From positions 320,358-384,357 of the forward strand of contig CAVOXB010000027.1 in NCBI GenBank assembly GCA_963700305.1: 64,000 bases of DNA, given 5' to 3'. Position numbers and translations under genes: made by a program. The number at the start of each line of letters is the position of its first letter. Position 1 is the first letter of the stretch. Shown here one piece after another: positions 1-10,287 of this stretch. Under the pieces are notes generated by a model, which searched no databases, was not told the origin of the DNA, and saw only the letters and a program-made list of their open reading frames with translations. The stretch comes from an uncultured delta proteobacterium (lineage in GTDB: Bacteria; Desulfobacterota; Desulfomonilia; Desulfomonilales; Desulfomonilaceae).

Positions 1-1844
1 AGTTCGTGCAAAGCCCCCATAGACTTACCAAGCCTCTTATCCGCAAAGACGGCGAACTGCAAGAAGCATCGTGGGACGAAGCACTAGATTTTGCGGCCTC
101 CCGCCTCAAAGAAATAAAAGAAGCCCATGGCGGGGACAGCCTTGCTTTCTTGACATCAGCAAAATGCACGAATGAAGAAAATTACTTGCTTCAAAAATTC
201 TGCCGTGTGGGGTTCGGAACTAACAACATTGACCACTGCGCCCGTCTCTGACACTCCTCCACGGTGGCAGGTCTTGCCGCCGCTTTCGGAAGTGGAGCGA
301 TGACGAACTCGATCCCGGAGATAGAAGACGCTGAATGTATTTTTATAATAGGGTCCAACACAACCGTTGCCCATCCCCTTATCGCCTCAAGGGTCTATAA
401 GGCCAAAGCCAAAGGGGCCAAGATTATCGTAGCTGATCCGCGGCGAATTCAAATGGCCCACAACGCGGACATTTACGTCAAACAGAATCTCGGCTCGGAC
501 GTAGCCCTGCTAAATGGGATCATGAACGTAATCTTGTCTAAGGGCCTGCATGACAAAACATTCATAGAGGAACGCACTGAAGGCTTCGAGCAGCTCCAGG
601 AAGTGCTGAAGAATTATCCGCCGGAAAAAGCCTCCGAAATTTCGGGAGTCTCGGTCGAAGATGTTGTCCGCATTGCGGAAATGTACGCAGGAGCCGAAAG
701 CGCTTCGATCCTTTACACAATGGGCATCACTCAGCATACCCACGGCGTAGACAACGTAAAGAGTCTGGCCAATCTTGCCATGATGACGGGCAACCTGGGG
801 AAGCGCTCCTCAGGAGTAAACCCGCTTAGAGGCCAGAACAACGTGCAGGGTGCTTGTGACATGGGTGGATTGCCCAATGTCTATCCAGCGTATCAGGCTG
901 TGACTGACGAAGGAGTCAAGAAGAAGTTCCAGGATGCCTGGCAGGCACAGCTTTCCGCTAAGGTCGGAAAAACCATCATGGAAATGATGCACGACCTGGA
1001 AGAAGGTTCAATAAAAGGAATGGTCGTCATGGGAGAGAATCCGGTGGGTAGCGACCCCGACATGAACCACGTCAAACATGCCCTCAGCTCCGCCGAGTTT
1101 CTCCTGGTAATGGACATATTCCTTACGGACACGGCAAAGCTCGCTCATGTTGTGTTGCCGGGAGTTTCCTTCGCGGAAAAAGACGGCACTTTTTCAAATA
1201 CTGAACGAAATGTTCTGCGGGTCCGCAAAGCCGTGGAACCGGTCGGCGAGTCCAGACCCGACTGGGATATCATATGCGATCTATCGACCAGATTCGGGCT
1301 ACCCATGAACTATAGCTCGCCCAGCGAGATCTTTGACGAGATTGCCAAGGTGGCCCCCAGCTATGCTGGCCTGAATTATGAGCGTCTGGAAAAAGGACCG
1401 ATAGCTTGGCCATGCCCCACGCCGGATCATCCGGGAACACCCGTTCTGCATAAAGACCGGTTCACCAGAGGGAAGGGCCTGTTCCATGCGATTGAATACA
1501 GGCCTCCTGAAGAGCTCGCGGACGACGAATTCCCCATGCAGCTCACGACTGGTCGGTACTTCCCGCATTACCACACGGGCACGATGACAAGAAATTCGCC
1601 GACGCTGCATAGCGAAATGCCTGAAGGACACGTGGAAATTCACCCGGAAGATGCGGCCAGAATCGGACTTAAGAGCTACGATTTGGCCAAGGTGGTTTCG
1701 CGGCGTGGTGAAGTGGTTACGAAGGCCATAGTTACGGACATTATCAAACCAGGGAACATATTCATGAGCTTCCATTTCATGGAGGCCAACGCAAACGTGC
1801 TTACAAATGCAGCCCTAGATCCAATCAGCAAGATTCCCGAGTAA
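1..1844 (+). CDS. fdhA: Formate dehydrogenase alpha subunit (molybdopterin oxidoreductase), selenocysteine-containing. The 5' end lies outside the window. ORFs 6..251 and 264..1844 are one frame joined by the in-frame TGA at 249-251.
   Basis: Translation gives ...CRVGFGTNNIDHCARL-[TGA]-HSSTVAGLAAAFGSGAMTNS, the canonical Sec site of Fdh-H/FdnG-type enzymes. Downstream motifs are typical of the molybdopterin oxidoreductase family. The two ORFs are in the same frame (264-6=258, divisible by 3). Confidence 0.9.
249..300 (+). promoter_or_regulatory. Selenocysteine UGA codon (249-251) with a bacterial SECIS-like stem-loop immediately 3'
   Basis: About 11 nt after the UGA there is a hairpin CUCCAC-GGUGGC-AGGUCUU-GCCGCC..GUGGAG. 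Its apical loop contains GGUC, as in the E. coli fdhF SECIS. Confidence 0.6.
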
Positions 1845-1911
1845 CAAGGTATGCGCGGTACGAGTTGAAAAAGCGGACCTTGCTCAAACTGCAGTTTAGG
1901 ACCTTTCTGCT

Positions 1912-1941
1912 GGGAGGAACTTTTGTGAAAAAGTTCCTCCC
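1912..1941 (+). terminator. Perfect 13-bp stem-loop (GGGAGGAACTTTT-gtga-AAAAGTTCCTCCC) 68 nt after the fdhA stop. It is a putative terminator or attenuator, but no U-run follows it.
   Basis: Read directly from the sequence. The lack of a T-tract makes an intrinsic terminator uncertain. Confidence 0.3.
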
Positions 1942-2176
1942 ACATGCCCTCACCGAAAAATCTTTGATGCATATCTGGACAATCTAGTCACCATTTTTTA
2001 GCATAAGAACTATATTTGACCAAATATATGGGATGAGTGCCTACTGCGTCACGCAGATGGGCATCCGGAAGGAGCTCCTTTTGAGCACTACGGCTCGATA
2101 CAAAGCGAAGAAGCGATCAAATACGCCGGTGAGATACTTGAGTTCGTAAGTATTCAGATGGCCGGATCGCCACCAA

Positions 2177-2551
2177 GTGTACGAGTCGGCTCGTAAGTGG
2201 GCTGCTCGGGCTGGAGAAATTCATACCGAAGCGATACGAATTGGGTACTTCGGATCCTATGCGCGTGGAGAATGGGGGGTAGGAAGCGATTTGGATCTGA
2301 TTGCTGTTGTTACTCGCGGATCGGAACCGTTTGAGCGACGTTCCTTGGCATGGGATCTGGATGAACTTCCAGTTCCAGCAGAACTTCTTGTATACACCGC
2401 GACCGAATGGAAAGTGATTCAGGAGGAAGGCGGACGCTTTGCCAGGACTTTGAGCGAGGAGACAATATGGGTATACGACTATGCCCCCCCGCAGCCGAGC
2501 ATTCTTGACGATGTTATTGAGTGTTCTCCCGGCGGTTGGCCGACTTCATAA
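2177..2551 (+). CDS. Nucleotidyltransferase domain protein (MNT/Pol-beta superfamily, antitoxin-like), GTG start
   Basis: The GS-x9-DxD motif is present: IGYFGSYARGEWGVGSDLDLIAVV. An in-frame stop lies just upstream at 2147-2149. Confidence 0.6.
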   Translation: MYESARKWAARAGEIHTEAIRIGYFGSYARGEWGVGSDLDLIAVVTRGSEPFERRSLAWDLDELPVPAELLVYTATEWKVIQEEGGRFARTLSEETIWVYDYAPPQPSILDDVIECSPGGWPTS

Positions 2552-2561
2552 AGGCTTGCGG

Positions 2562-2786
2562 CTACATAACCACGCGGAACTCCATGCTGGTAAGATCGGG
2601 AATCCTGTTGGAAGCGTCCAGGATTTCCAGACTGACAAGATGTCCATTTTCGTCATAGTCCAAGATGACCCCAGGCTTGTCTTCATCGCTTTCTGATACT
2701 GGACCAGGCTTGAGGATCACGGTCAGTGTGTCGGTTTTTGTGTCAAGGGTGACGTTCATTGCTGTCTCCCAGTCACGGGTTCGCAT
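2562..2786 (-). CDS. DUF2283 family protein (74 aa) with no DUF4258 partner
   Basis: Small protein containing ...ILDYDENGHLVSLEILDAS, typical of DUF2283. Confidence 0.5.
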   Translation of the reverse strand: MRTRDWETAMNVTLDTKTDTLTVILKPGPVSESDEDKPGVILDYDENGHLVSLEILDASNRIPDLTSMEFRVVM

Positions 2787-2823
2787 AAGACGCGAGGTGC
2801 GATCCAGAAGAAGAATCCGTGCT

Positions 2824-3174
2824 TTAGGCGCTCACTACCTTTACGGAATAATGATCCGGTTTCATTTGTGCTGCAGGAACAATCACGTCGTTGAACCAAT
2901 TCTGAAAAGCTCTGTTTATGAGCTGTATTGCTTCTTCCCAGGAACCATCGTAATCGGATTCCTCAAGATCCTCGATAATCTCTGGTGTCAATCCCGAGAA
3001 TTCGGCGAGGTCTTCTCGAGACATGCGCAATTTATTGCGGATATCGTAGATTTGCCGGGCAAGATCAGCTTGCCTGCGGAGGAGTCCCACGCAGGCGATA
3101 CGCTCGGGATGTCCCTTGATGTATCGACTGTACGCCCATTCCAGCGCATCGTTACTGAATTTCTTTTCATCCAT
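2824..3174 (-). CDS. HTH (XRE-like) antitoxin, HigA-like
   Basis: 116 aa. It overlaps the upstream toxin gene by 8 nt and has a helix-turn-helix-like middle region (MSREDLAEFSGLTPEIIEDLE). Confidence 0.55.
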   Translation of the reverse strand: MDEKKFSNDALEWAYSRYIKGHPERIACVGLLRRQADLARQIYDIRNKLRMSREDLAEFSGLTPEIIEDLEESDYDGSWEEAIQLINRAFQNWFNDVIVPAAQMKPDHYSVKVVSA

Positions 3175-3547
3175 CGTCCGATTCCCAATTGAAGGTATGA
3201 GATTCCGGGTCCGCGTGATGTCTGGCCCATTTCACTTTAGCTCGTTTGATCTCGATAGGTGGGACCCTCTTGACGTCCTTGTGGAATCCATGCGTTATGA
3301 TTGCTGTTTCTCTTTCGTAGAAGAAGTGTAACATACGCAGGCGGACTTTCTTTACTCGCGCTCTCAATTCCCAGATTCCATCTCCAAGATGTTCGGTTGC
3401 AGGGAATCCGAGTTCATACACCTGGTCGCGCAATCTCTCGAGCCGTTCATAACACGCGTCCGGCTCTTCATCAGATAGCTTGTCGAGCCAATCCTGAATG
3501 GGGACTTTATCTCTTTCCTGATAGAATAGGACTCGAACTGATGGCAA
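3167..3547 (-). CDS. RelE/ParE-superfamily toxin (Gp49/HigB-like)
   Basis: 126 aa. The sequence ...WELRARVKKVRLRMLHFFYERETAIITHGFHKD resembles the phage Gp49-like HigB toxin family. Gene order is toxin first, then HTH antitoxin. Confidence 0.6.
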   Translation of the reverse strand: MPSVRVLFYQERDKVPIQDWLDKLSDEEPDACYERLERLRDQVYELGFPATEHLGDGIWELRARVKKVRLRMLHFFYERETAIITHGFHKDVKRVPPIEIKRAKVKWARHHADPESHTFNWESDDG

Positions 3548-3629
3548 TGGTTCATCGCTCGCGAGTTCTCATTATACCGAAAGAGCAGTCAAATCCAAGA
3601 TCCGCTTTCTGGGTTGCGCCGACAGGGGA

Positions 3630-4817
3630 TTACATAGGCTTCTGGGCCCAGCGATAGACCTTTTCAGCGGCTTTGAAGTGATTGGGAGAATTGAGGACGA
3701 CCACCATGTGCTCTTTGTCTTTGTCCTTGAACAGGGCAACTATGCACCTGCCTGCCAAGTTGGTGAATCCCGTTTTTGCTCCAACAAGCGGCAAATTCTT
3801 GGTAAGTAGCTTATCATTGGAGACTAGAGCGTAATCACGGGGGGTAGAATTTCGGGTTCGCATGGTATGGGTCCGGGTGCTGCTGATTTTGGATATCAGC
3901 TGATTCTTGAAAGCAGCTCGCGCAATTATGGCCACGTCTTCCGCACTTGCCATATTGGCCTTGCGGGCCTCAAGATAACGGCCGTCTTTTCGGCCAAGCG
4001 TCATTTTGCTGTCCAACCCACTGGGAGTGTGGAAACTCATCTTGGACGCACCTAGCTTAAAGGCTTTTCTGTTCATGGCTGCAATAAAACCGTCTCTGCC
4101 GCCGCTGGGATACGCTCTGGCAAGAGTCTCGGCACAATCGTTTCCCGATTCGATAAGCAACCCGTGGAGCAGATCTCTGACCGAGAGCTGATCACCTGCC
4201 TTGAGCCCCACGACGTGGCGTTCAACCTGCCCTATGTCTTCCGGGACTTCGATAACTTTGTCCAGGTCCATTTCTTCGACGACAATCATTGCGGTAACGA
4301 GCTTGCTGATGCTTGCAATGGGCAGTGGGGCGCACGTGTTTTCCGCCAACATAACCTTGTTTGATGAGCAATCCACACAATAGAGGGCTTTCGCCTTGAC
4401 GGGCGGCCTATAGCCGTTCAAACCTTTCGCCCCTCCTGCCGCTGACAATGTCTTCCCATGCCAGGACGGTTGGACGCTGGCTGATTTTAAGGGCGAGACG
4501 CTGGCGAGTCGTTCGGTGTTCGCACTGAGCTTCTGGGCCGGCATTGCGATAAGGTTTTTCGGCTTGGCAGGGAGACTGGGTTTTTTTGATTGGGTGAGAC
4601 GATTCGCACGTTGAATCGGAAGCGACTTCTCCGGCACTTTTTTCTCGTGAATTGAAACTTGCTGACGCTGAGGTTGCGGTTTAACAACCGCTCCCGGAGG
4701 AGACGCGTTCATCATTTCGCTAATGGATATCGCAGAACGAACCGGTTCCAGAGCGAATACGACGCCTCCGTTCAACAACAGCAGTCCCAGTGAAAATGCC
4801 AGAAACTTGAGGAACAA
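3630..4817 (-). CDS. D-alanyl-D-alanine carboxypeptidase (peptidase S11, PBP5/6-like) with a Pro/Lys-rich linker
   Basis: N-terminal signal peptide. SxxK motif (ASISKLVTAM) and SGN motif (LIESGNDCAETLA) are both present. Confidence 0.75.
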   Translation of the reverse strand: MFLKFLAFSLGLLLLNGGVVFALEPVRSAISISEMMNASPPGAVVKPQPQRQQVSIHEKKVPEKSLPIQRANRLTQSKKPSLPAKPKNLIAMPAQKLSANTERLASVSPLKSASVQPSWHGKTLSAAGGAKGLNGYRPPVKAKALYCVDCSSNKVMLAENTCAPLPIASISKLVTAMIVVEEMDLDKVIEVPEDIGQVERHVVGLKAGDQLSVRDLLHGLLIESGNDCAETLARAYPSGGRDGFIAAMNRKAFKLGASKMSFHTPSGLDSKMTLGRKDGRYLEARKANMASAEDVAIIARAAFKNQLISKISSTRTHTMRTRNSTPRDYALVSNDKLLTKNLPLVGAKTGFTNLAGRCIVALFKDKDKEHMVVVLNSPNHFKAAEKVYRWAQKPM

Positions 4818-4998
4818 CGCCCCTCCTGAGCAAAAGCCGGTCGATACTCAAAGGCCGGAACAAATGATTACTTCAAAAAATGATCGCAATCCAGAAAATT
4901 ATTCCCAGATCTTGGGAACATCCTTTGAAATCCTAACAAAAATATACACAAAAAGGAAATGTGTCAAGCCAAATCCGTTGAAAATAGATCTAATCAGC

Positions 4999-5838
4999 TT
5001 ACGCGCCACCATTGAATCTCAAGGATGTCGGCCCGGTGAAGCATTCAGGTTCTGGTGAGAAGTCCTTTTCTATCATTGCGTACGCACTGTGGTTGTGGAT
5101 GGATTCGAAATTTTCGGCCTCTATACGGTACCAAGGAAAATTATTCTTTTCAGCGAGGCGCGATAAGGCCATCCTCACTACGTCTTCCACGAACATTGGG
5201 TTTTCGTAGGCCTTTTCCGTAACGAATTTCTCATCGGGTCTCTTAAGTAACGAATAAATCTCCGAACTGACAGAAGATTCGACGACCTCAATGATTTCTT
5301 CAATCCAGAAAAGCTTCTTGAATCGCAATTGGACGCGCACTATCCCTCGCTGATTGTGGGCGCCGTATTCGGAAATCTCTTTGGAACACGGGCACACGGT
5401 GGTGACCGGGACTTCTACCCCTACAATCAAATCGAACCGTTCAGCCAGCGATCCTCGCATGAAACAGGTGTAGGACATCAAACCCGGTGTTCCCGTAATG
5501 GGCGCGTTCTTCTCTATAAAATATGGAAATTCAACATTCAAATGGGCGCTTTTTGCATTCAGCTTGGTCTTGATTTTCTCAAGAATTTCGCGGAATTTCT
5601 CCATTGAAATTTCTCCGCGAAATTCATTGAGCGCTTCAATAAAGCGACTCATATGCGCGCCCTTGAAATCGTGAGGCAGATTCACGAATAGGTCAAAAAG
5701 TCCCACGGTATGCTGCAATCCCTTTTGGCGGTCCTTGACCGACATTGGATATCGTAAGCCTTTTACGCCCACCTTATCGATGGGAATCTTCCGCTCGTCC
5801 GGTTGGTTCTGGATGTCAGGTAGGCATGCGTAGTCCAC
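4999..5838 (-). CDS. folE2: GTP cyclohydrolase FolE2/MptA (type IB)
   Basis: N-terminus MDYACLPDIQNQPDERKIPIDKVGVKGLRYPM matches the FolE2 (DUF198) signature. Confidence 0.8.
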   Translation of the reverse strand: MDYACLPDIQNQPDERKIPIDKVGVKGLRYPMSVKDRQKGLQHTVGLFDLFVNLPHDFKGAHMSRFIEALNEFRGEISMEKFREILEKIKTKLNAKSAHLNVEFPYFIEKNAPITGTPGLMSYTCFMRGSLAERFDLIVGVEVPVTTVCPCSKEISEYGAHNQRGIVRVQLRFKKLFWIEEIIEVVESSVSSEIYSLLKRPDEKFVTEKAYENPMFVEDVVRMALSRLAEKNNFPWYRIEAENFESIHNHSAYAMIEKDFSPEPECFTGPTSLRFNGGA

Positions 5839-5923
5839 TAAAACTTCTCCTTAAGGCCCCCACATTTGTTGCGGCCTCCGCGATCGGTGAGCAGAGGTCG
5901 TGGTCTGTTTGACCTGGTGCTTG

Positions 5924-6301
5924 TCAGTCAGTGTCCCTAATATAACACGCTCTGGACGTATCTGACTCCCATACTGTCACGCTGTACAAAATTCCGGCAC
6001 GGTCCTCGAGCTGTTCATAGGTCTCATGGAAAATGTGGGCAGCGATATTTTCTGCCGAGGGTTCTATTTCGTCAAATGGTCTGATATCATTAAGATACTT
6101 ATGGTCCAGTTTTTCAAGGACGGGCCTGGCCGCATTCTTTAGATGGTTGAAATCAATTACCATTCCGCCTTTGCCGGGTGACGAAGCCCGAGCGGCGATC
6201 TGGACCTTGTAGTTGTGGCCATGAAGTTGCTCGCATTTACCGTTATATTCACGCAAGCGATGTGCTGCTGAAAAGCTCAGAATAATCTCGACTTCGTACA
6301 T
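5924..6301 (-). CDS. queD: 6-carboxy-5,6,7,8-tetrahydropterin synthase
   Basis: MYEVEIILSFSAAHRLREYNGKCEQLHGHNY is the classic QueD/PTPS motif (CxxxHGH). It is adjacent to folE2. Confidence 0.85.
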   Translation of the reverse strand: MYEVEIILSFSAAHRLREYNGKCEQLHGHNYKVQIAARASSPGKGGMVIDFNHLKNAARPVLEKLDHKYLNDIRPFDEIEPSAENIAAHIFHETYEQLEDRAGILYSVTVWESDTSRACYIRDTD

Positions 6302-6393
6302 GAGTTGAATCTCCAGGTTGCAAGAAATTTAATAAACAACTTTAGGAAAATAAAGAAACATCTGGATAGCTTGGTAAAAACAGTAAAAAACCG

Positions 6394-6423
6394 TTGACAC
6401 GGTCGCTCCGCCGGGATTATACC
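6394..6423 (+). promoter_or_regulatory. Candidate sigma70-type promoter (TTGACA-N18-TATACC) upstream of the protease gene
   Basis: Hexamers read directly. A GGAG RBS precedes the ATG at 6493. Confidence 0.25.
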
Positions 6424-6492
6424 CAATCCACTCCCCGGATAACCGCATTCCGACTGCGGCGACATTCCGGAAACCGTTTGAAGGAGTCATGA

Positions 6493-7500
6493 ATGACGGC
6501 TTTCCGATTCGGAACCCCCTCTATAATGATTGTTTTCCTCGTCTGCATATTCTCTGTTTCCGTGTGGGCTGCGGATGATCCTATGGTTCGAAAAGCTGCC
6601 ACCCCGTCATCTCCCGGGAGCGCTTCAGGTTACAAGTCCAGTCTTGGTGCGGATTCAGGTCCAGGAAAAAGACTTCAGCTTGGGTTGTCACCCGTTCCCT
6701 ACAAACCCGAACTATCCGAAGAGCCGCAAGAGCAACCTGCGGTACGCGCTTCTTCTTTCCCAGATATAAGAGACCTTGTCAAACGAGTCAATCGCTCCGT
6801 GGTGTCCATCCGAATGCTTGACGCAGGGTCGTCCTTTTCGCTCGGTTCCCTGGGTTTTTCCGGCGATCAGGGCAGCAAGGCGATGGGTTACGGATCGGGG
6901 TTTATAATTTCCAATCAGGGCCATATTATCACCAATGAACACGTTTTGCGAAATGGAACTCAGACGGAGGTGGAAATCCTGGGAGGCAAGAAGTTTCTCG
7001 CGAAGACGCTCTTCAAGGACGCGAAGAATGACATCGCCCTATTGAAGATTGATGCTACCAATCTCCAGTCCGTGGTTTTGGGAAATTCAGACGCTGTGGA
7101 TTTGGGCGAGTGGGTGGTAGGAATTGGAAATCCTTACGGAATCGGTCAGTCCATCATGATAGGGATCGTAAGCGCACAAAAGAGAGTCGTGCCAGGGTCC
7201 GGATATCCACCATTGATCCAGATCGACGCTGCAATGAATCTGGGCAATTCAGGCGGCCCACTGTTCAATATGGATGGTCAAGTCATTGGAATCAATACCA
7301 TACTGTTGTGGAAGAGCCAAGGAATCGGATTTGCGACCCCCATCAATGTGGCCAAGGAGTTTCTCGAAAAAAGAAGTTATCCCACTGTGAAAGCCGCTTC
7401 TGCACAACCGCATGGGCCTATGGGCCCGGCAGGTGACGATCCACGCGCACTACAGGGCCAGTTCAATCCTTTGGATCCTCCGTGGAAATTCGGGCGATAA
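6493..7500 (+). CDS. Trypsin-like serine protease (S1C/HtrA-like protease domain without PDZ), secreted
   Basis: Signal peptide present. The catalytic triad context is visible: ITNEHV (His), DIALLKID (Asp), GNSGGPL (Ser). Confidence 0.75.
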   Translation: MTAFRFGTPSIMIVFLVCIFSVSVWAADDPMVRKAATPSSPGSASGYKSSLGADSGPGKRLQLGLSPVPYKPELSEEPQEQPAVRASSFPDIRDLVKRVNRSVVSIRMLDAGSSFSLGSLGFSGDQGSKAMGYGSGFIISNQGHIITNEHVLRNGTQTEVEILGGKKFLAKTLFKDAKNDIALLKIDATNLQSVVLGNSDAVDLGEWVVGIGNPYGIGQSIMIGIVSAQKRVVPGSGYPPLIQIDAAMNLGNSGGPLFNMDGQVIGINTILLWKSQGIGFATPINVAKEFLEKRSYPTVKAASAQPHGPMGPAGDDPRALQGQFNPLDPPWKFGR

Positions 7501-7653
7501 GTTAGACTCCACGTACCATTCGAACGGTCCATCTGAGGTAATCATCCAGAGCTGCCGATGATTTGCCTGCTCGGATTTGCTTTGAAAATAGTCAAATTTG
7601 ATCGAACCTTCTTTCAAGGAGAGTTCAGGCCCTTGAATTGATCTCGAACAGCC

Positions 7654-9114
7654 TTGCTCAAATCAGTGCCGGACGTGAGGGAAAACATGCCTTCAAACAA
7701 AGAAAAAGGGAAAAAAGCAGACGTTACGAAAGAATTAAAGGAAAAACTCTACCAAGAACCTACACGGAGTTGGGATAAGTTTTCCGCAACCGAAAGAAAA
7801 CAGGCTTTCGATTATGCTGAACAGTTCCGTAATTTTCTCAACGAGGCCAGAACAGAACGAAGAGCGATTCAAGTTTTTGTAGATCGAGCGTCTAAACAAA
7901 AATTCAAAGAATTAACAGCTGCAGGCAAAAGCACGAAAGTTTTTCAGGCCATGCGAGGCAAGACCCTCGCCGTCGCAGTGATCGGAAAAAAACCGATGAC
8001 AGAAGGGCTCAGGATCATAACTGCACACGTGGATTGCCCGAGGCTGGACCTCAAGCCAAACCCTCTTTATGAAGAATCCGGAATGGCTTTCTTGAAGACC
8101 CATTACTATGGAGGCATCAAGAAATACCACTGGGTTGCACGATCGTTGGCCATTTGCGGGACAATTATCCGCGGAGACGGGTCGACGCTGGAAATTCAGG
8201 TGGGGCTCGATCCTGACGATCCGATCTTCACCATCCCCGACCTTTTGCCGCACCTTGCCCGAAAACAAATGGACCAGAAAGCCTCGGAATTCATTCCGGC
8301 TGAAAATTTGAACGTTGTTGTAGGCTCAACGCCTTTTGACGACAAGGATGCGGATGAACGAGTCAAACTTGCCCTTTTGGATCTGCTGAACAAGAAGTAC
8401 AACATTACCGAAGAGGACTTCACAAGCGCCGAGCTTCAGATTGTCCCATCTGAATCAGCCCGAGACGCGGGATTCGATAGGGGTTTGATAGCTGGTTATG
8501 GCCAAGATGACAGGGTTTGCGCATACACCTCCTTCACGGCGGCAATGGAAACCGAAAAACCTGAACACACGGCAGTCGCTGTCTTCTACGACAAAGAAGA
8601 GATTGGCAGTGAAGGCAACACCAGCGCGAAGTCCCGCTTCCTGGAGGCCTTCGTTATGGATTTGATGCAAAAGACCGGGATTCAGCCAACCGCGCGCGAC
8701 CTTTACAGAGTGTTCATGAACAGCAAGGCCCTCTCCGCGGACGTCGCGGCCGGACTCGATCCAACATATGGTGATGTATATGAAAAGCGCAACAGCGCAA
8801 AATTGGGCTACGGAATAAACATCACCAAATATACTGGACACGGCGGAAAATACATGGCTTCCGACGCGAACGCCGAATATGCAGCGTGGATTCGCAAGCT
8901 GTTCAATGACAACGGAATAGTCTGGCAAGCGGGAGGCCACGGGAAAATCGACGAGGGTGGCGGAGGCACCGTGGCGAAATTCCTCGCAATGACAGGAGTG
9001 GACATCATAGATTGCGGTCCCCCGGTGTTGAGTATGCACTCGCCCATGGAAATCAGCTCAAAAGAAGACATTTGGATGTGCCACAAAGCATTCAAGGTGT
9101 TTTTGAACAGCTAA
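7654..9114 (+). CDS. M18-family aminopeptidase (aminopeptidase I-like)
   Basis: 486 aa. Metal-site-like motifs TAHVDCPRL and GYGQDDRVCAY. Family placement is by recollection, not alignment. Confidence 0.55.
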   Translation: MLKSVPDVRENMPSNKEKGKKADVTKELKEKLYQEPTRSWDKFSATERKQAFDYAEQFRNFLNEARTERRAIQVFVDRASKQKFKELTAAGKSTKVFQAMRGKTLAVAVIGKKPMTEGLRIITAHVDCPRLDLKPNPLYEESGMAFLKTHYYGGIKKYHWVARSLAICGTIIRGDGSTLEIQVGLDPDDPIFTIPDLLPHLARKQMDQKASEFIPAENLNVVVGSTPFDDKDADERVKLALLDLLNKKYNITEEDFTSAELQIVPSESARDAGFDRGLIAGYGQDDRVCAYTSFTAAMETEKPEHTAVAVFYDKEEIGSEGNTSAKSRFLEAFVMDLMQKTGIQPTARDLYRVFMNSKALSADVAAGLDPTYGDVYEKRNSAKLGYGINITKYTGHGGKYMASDANAEYAAWIRKLFNDNGIVWQAGGHGKIDEGGGGTVAKFLAMTGVDIIDCGPPVLSMHSPMEISSKEDIWMCHKAFKVFLNS

Positions 9115-9419
9115 ACGCTTACTGCAAAACACACTCGTATTTCCGCATGACCGCAAGGGGTGAGTCGCCCTTGCGGTCATGCCCTGTCAGAACGACCGCG
9201 CTCTATCAAACATCTCGGATTTGTAGCTTGAGCAATTGTTATCAGGTGCGATATACCTGATTCTGGCATGGTTTTGGCGAGCCCCGCATGTGCGGTTCCA
9301 ATGAATAATTAATTAGCAGCTCTAAGAAAGGGCGTGAGGATTCACTTGGTATCCTGTTAGACAGTATCGCGCCTGTCTTTCTGGTCATTGCTCTGGGATA
9401 CGTCCTGAGACGCCAGGGC

Positions 9420-10268
9420 ATGATTGACGAGAAGTTTCTCAACGTCTCAGATAGGCTGATCTATTTTATTTTCTTTCCAGCCCTGCTTTTCTGGAAAATC
9501 GGGAAGCCCTCACCATCTGGAGGTCTGGATTGGAATTTGATATTGGCGGTAATCTCGGCGGTATTCGTAATCTTCGTGCTGGGTTTGCTGTTCGTGAAAT
9601 TGTTTCGAATTCAGGATTATGAGGTCGGGTCTTTTTCCCAGGGGTGCTACAGGCTCAGCACATACATCGGTATGGCCGTCATTTTCTCCGCTCTTGGGGA
9701 AGAAGGCGTCAGGAGCTTTGGGGTCCTGATCGGGTTCGTCATTCCGTTCATCAATATACTAGCGGTGTCTTCTTTGATCTGGTTTTCCGGTGAGTCTTAT
9801 GCATGGAATCGCCAGGCGCTGATTCTTGGCAAGGCAATGATTTCCAATCCTCTTATTATCGCCTGCGGCTGCGGAATAGCTTATTCGAGTCTCAAGACGC
9901 CGTTTCCCACTTTTGTGGACAACACTCTCGGCCTAATGGCTCTGCTGGCACTGCCGCTCGCTCTCATATCAATCGGCGGCTCGCTTACTTTCACCAAATT
10001 CAAGGGGAATGCGTCATTAGCTCTTATTTCGACAGTCTTCAAGCTCGTCTTGCTGCCCATCATCGGCTATTTCTTGCTCTGGACTTTTGACGTTTCCGGA
10101 CTTTCGTCCAAGGTGGCAATGCTGTATTTTGCCCTACCCACGTCTCCATCCAACTATATTCTTTCCGCTCAATTGAACAGCGACGTGGATTTGGCCGGCG
10201 CGACGGTGGTGATTTCGACTCTACTATGTGTCGTGTCACTGTCTGTCGTACTGATTATCTTTTGCTGA
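9420..10268 (+). CDS. AEC-family (auxin efflux carrier-like) membrane transporter. The N-terminus probably extends upstream using a non-ATG start.
   Basis: The upstream in-frame translation LDSIAPVFLVIALGYVLRRQG matches the AEC N-terminal consensus. The protein has multiple TM segments. Confidence 0.65.
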   Translation: MIDEKFLNVSDRLIYFIFFPALLFWKIGKPSPSGGLDWNLILAVISAVFVIFVLGLLFVKLFRIQDYEVGSFSQGCYRLSTYIGMAVIFSALGEEGVRSFGVLIGFVIPFINILAVSSLIWFSGESYAWNRQALILGKAMISNPLIIACGCGIAYSSLKTPFPTFVDNTLGLMALLALPLALISIGGSLTFTKFKGNASLALISTVFKLVLLPIIGYFLLWTFDVSGLSSKVAMLYFALPTSPSNYILSAQLNSDVDLAGATVVISTLLCVVSLSVVLIIFC

Positions 10269-10287
10269 GGGACGAATGGCGACGACA

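Noticed and set aside
2481-3192. Plus-strand ORFs 2481..2696 and 2665..3192
   Set aside because: They overlap the DUF2283 and HTH-antitoxin genes, which have recognisable motifs on the minus strand.
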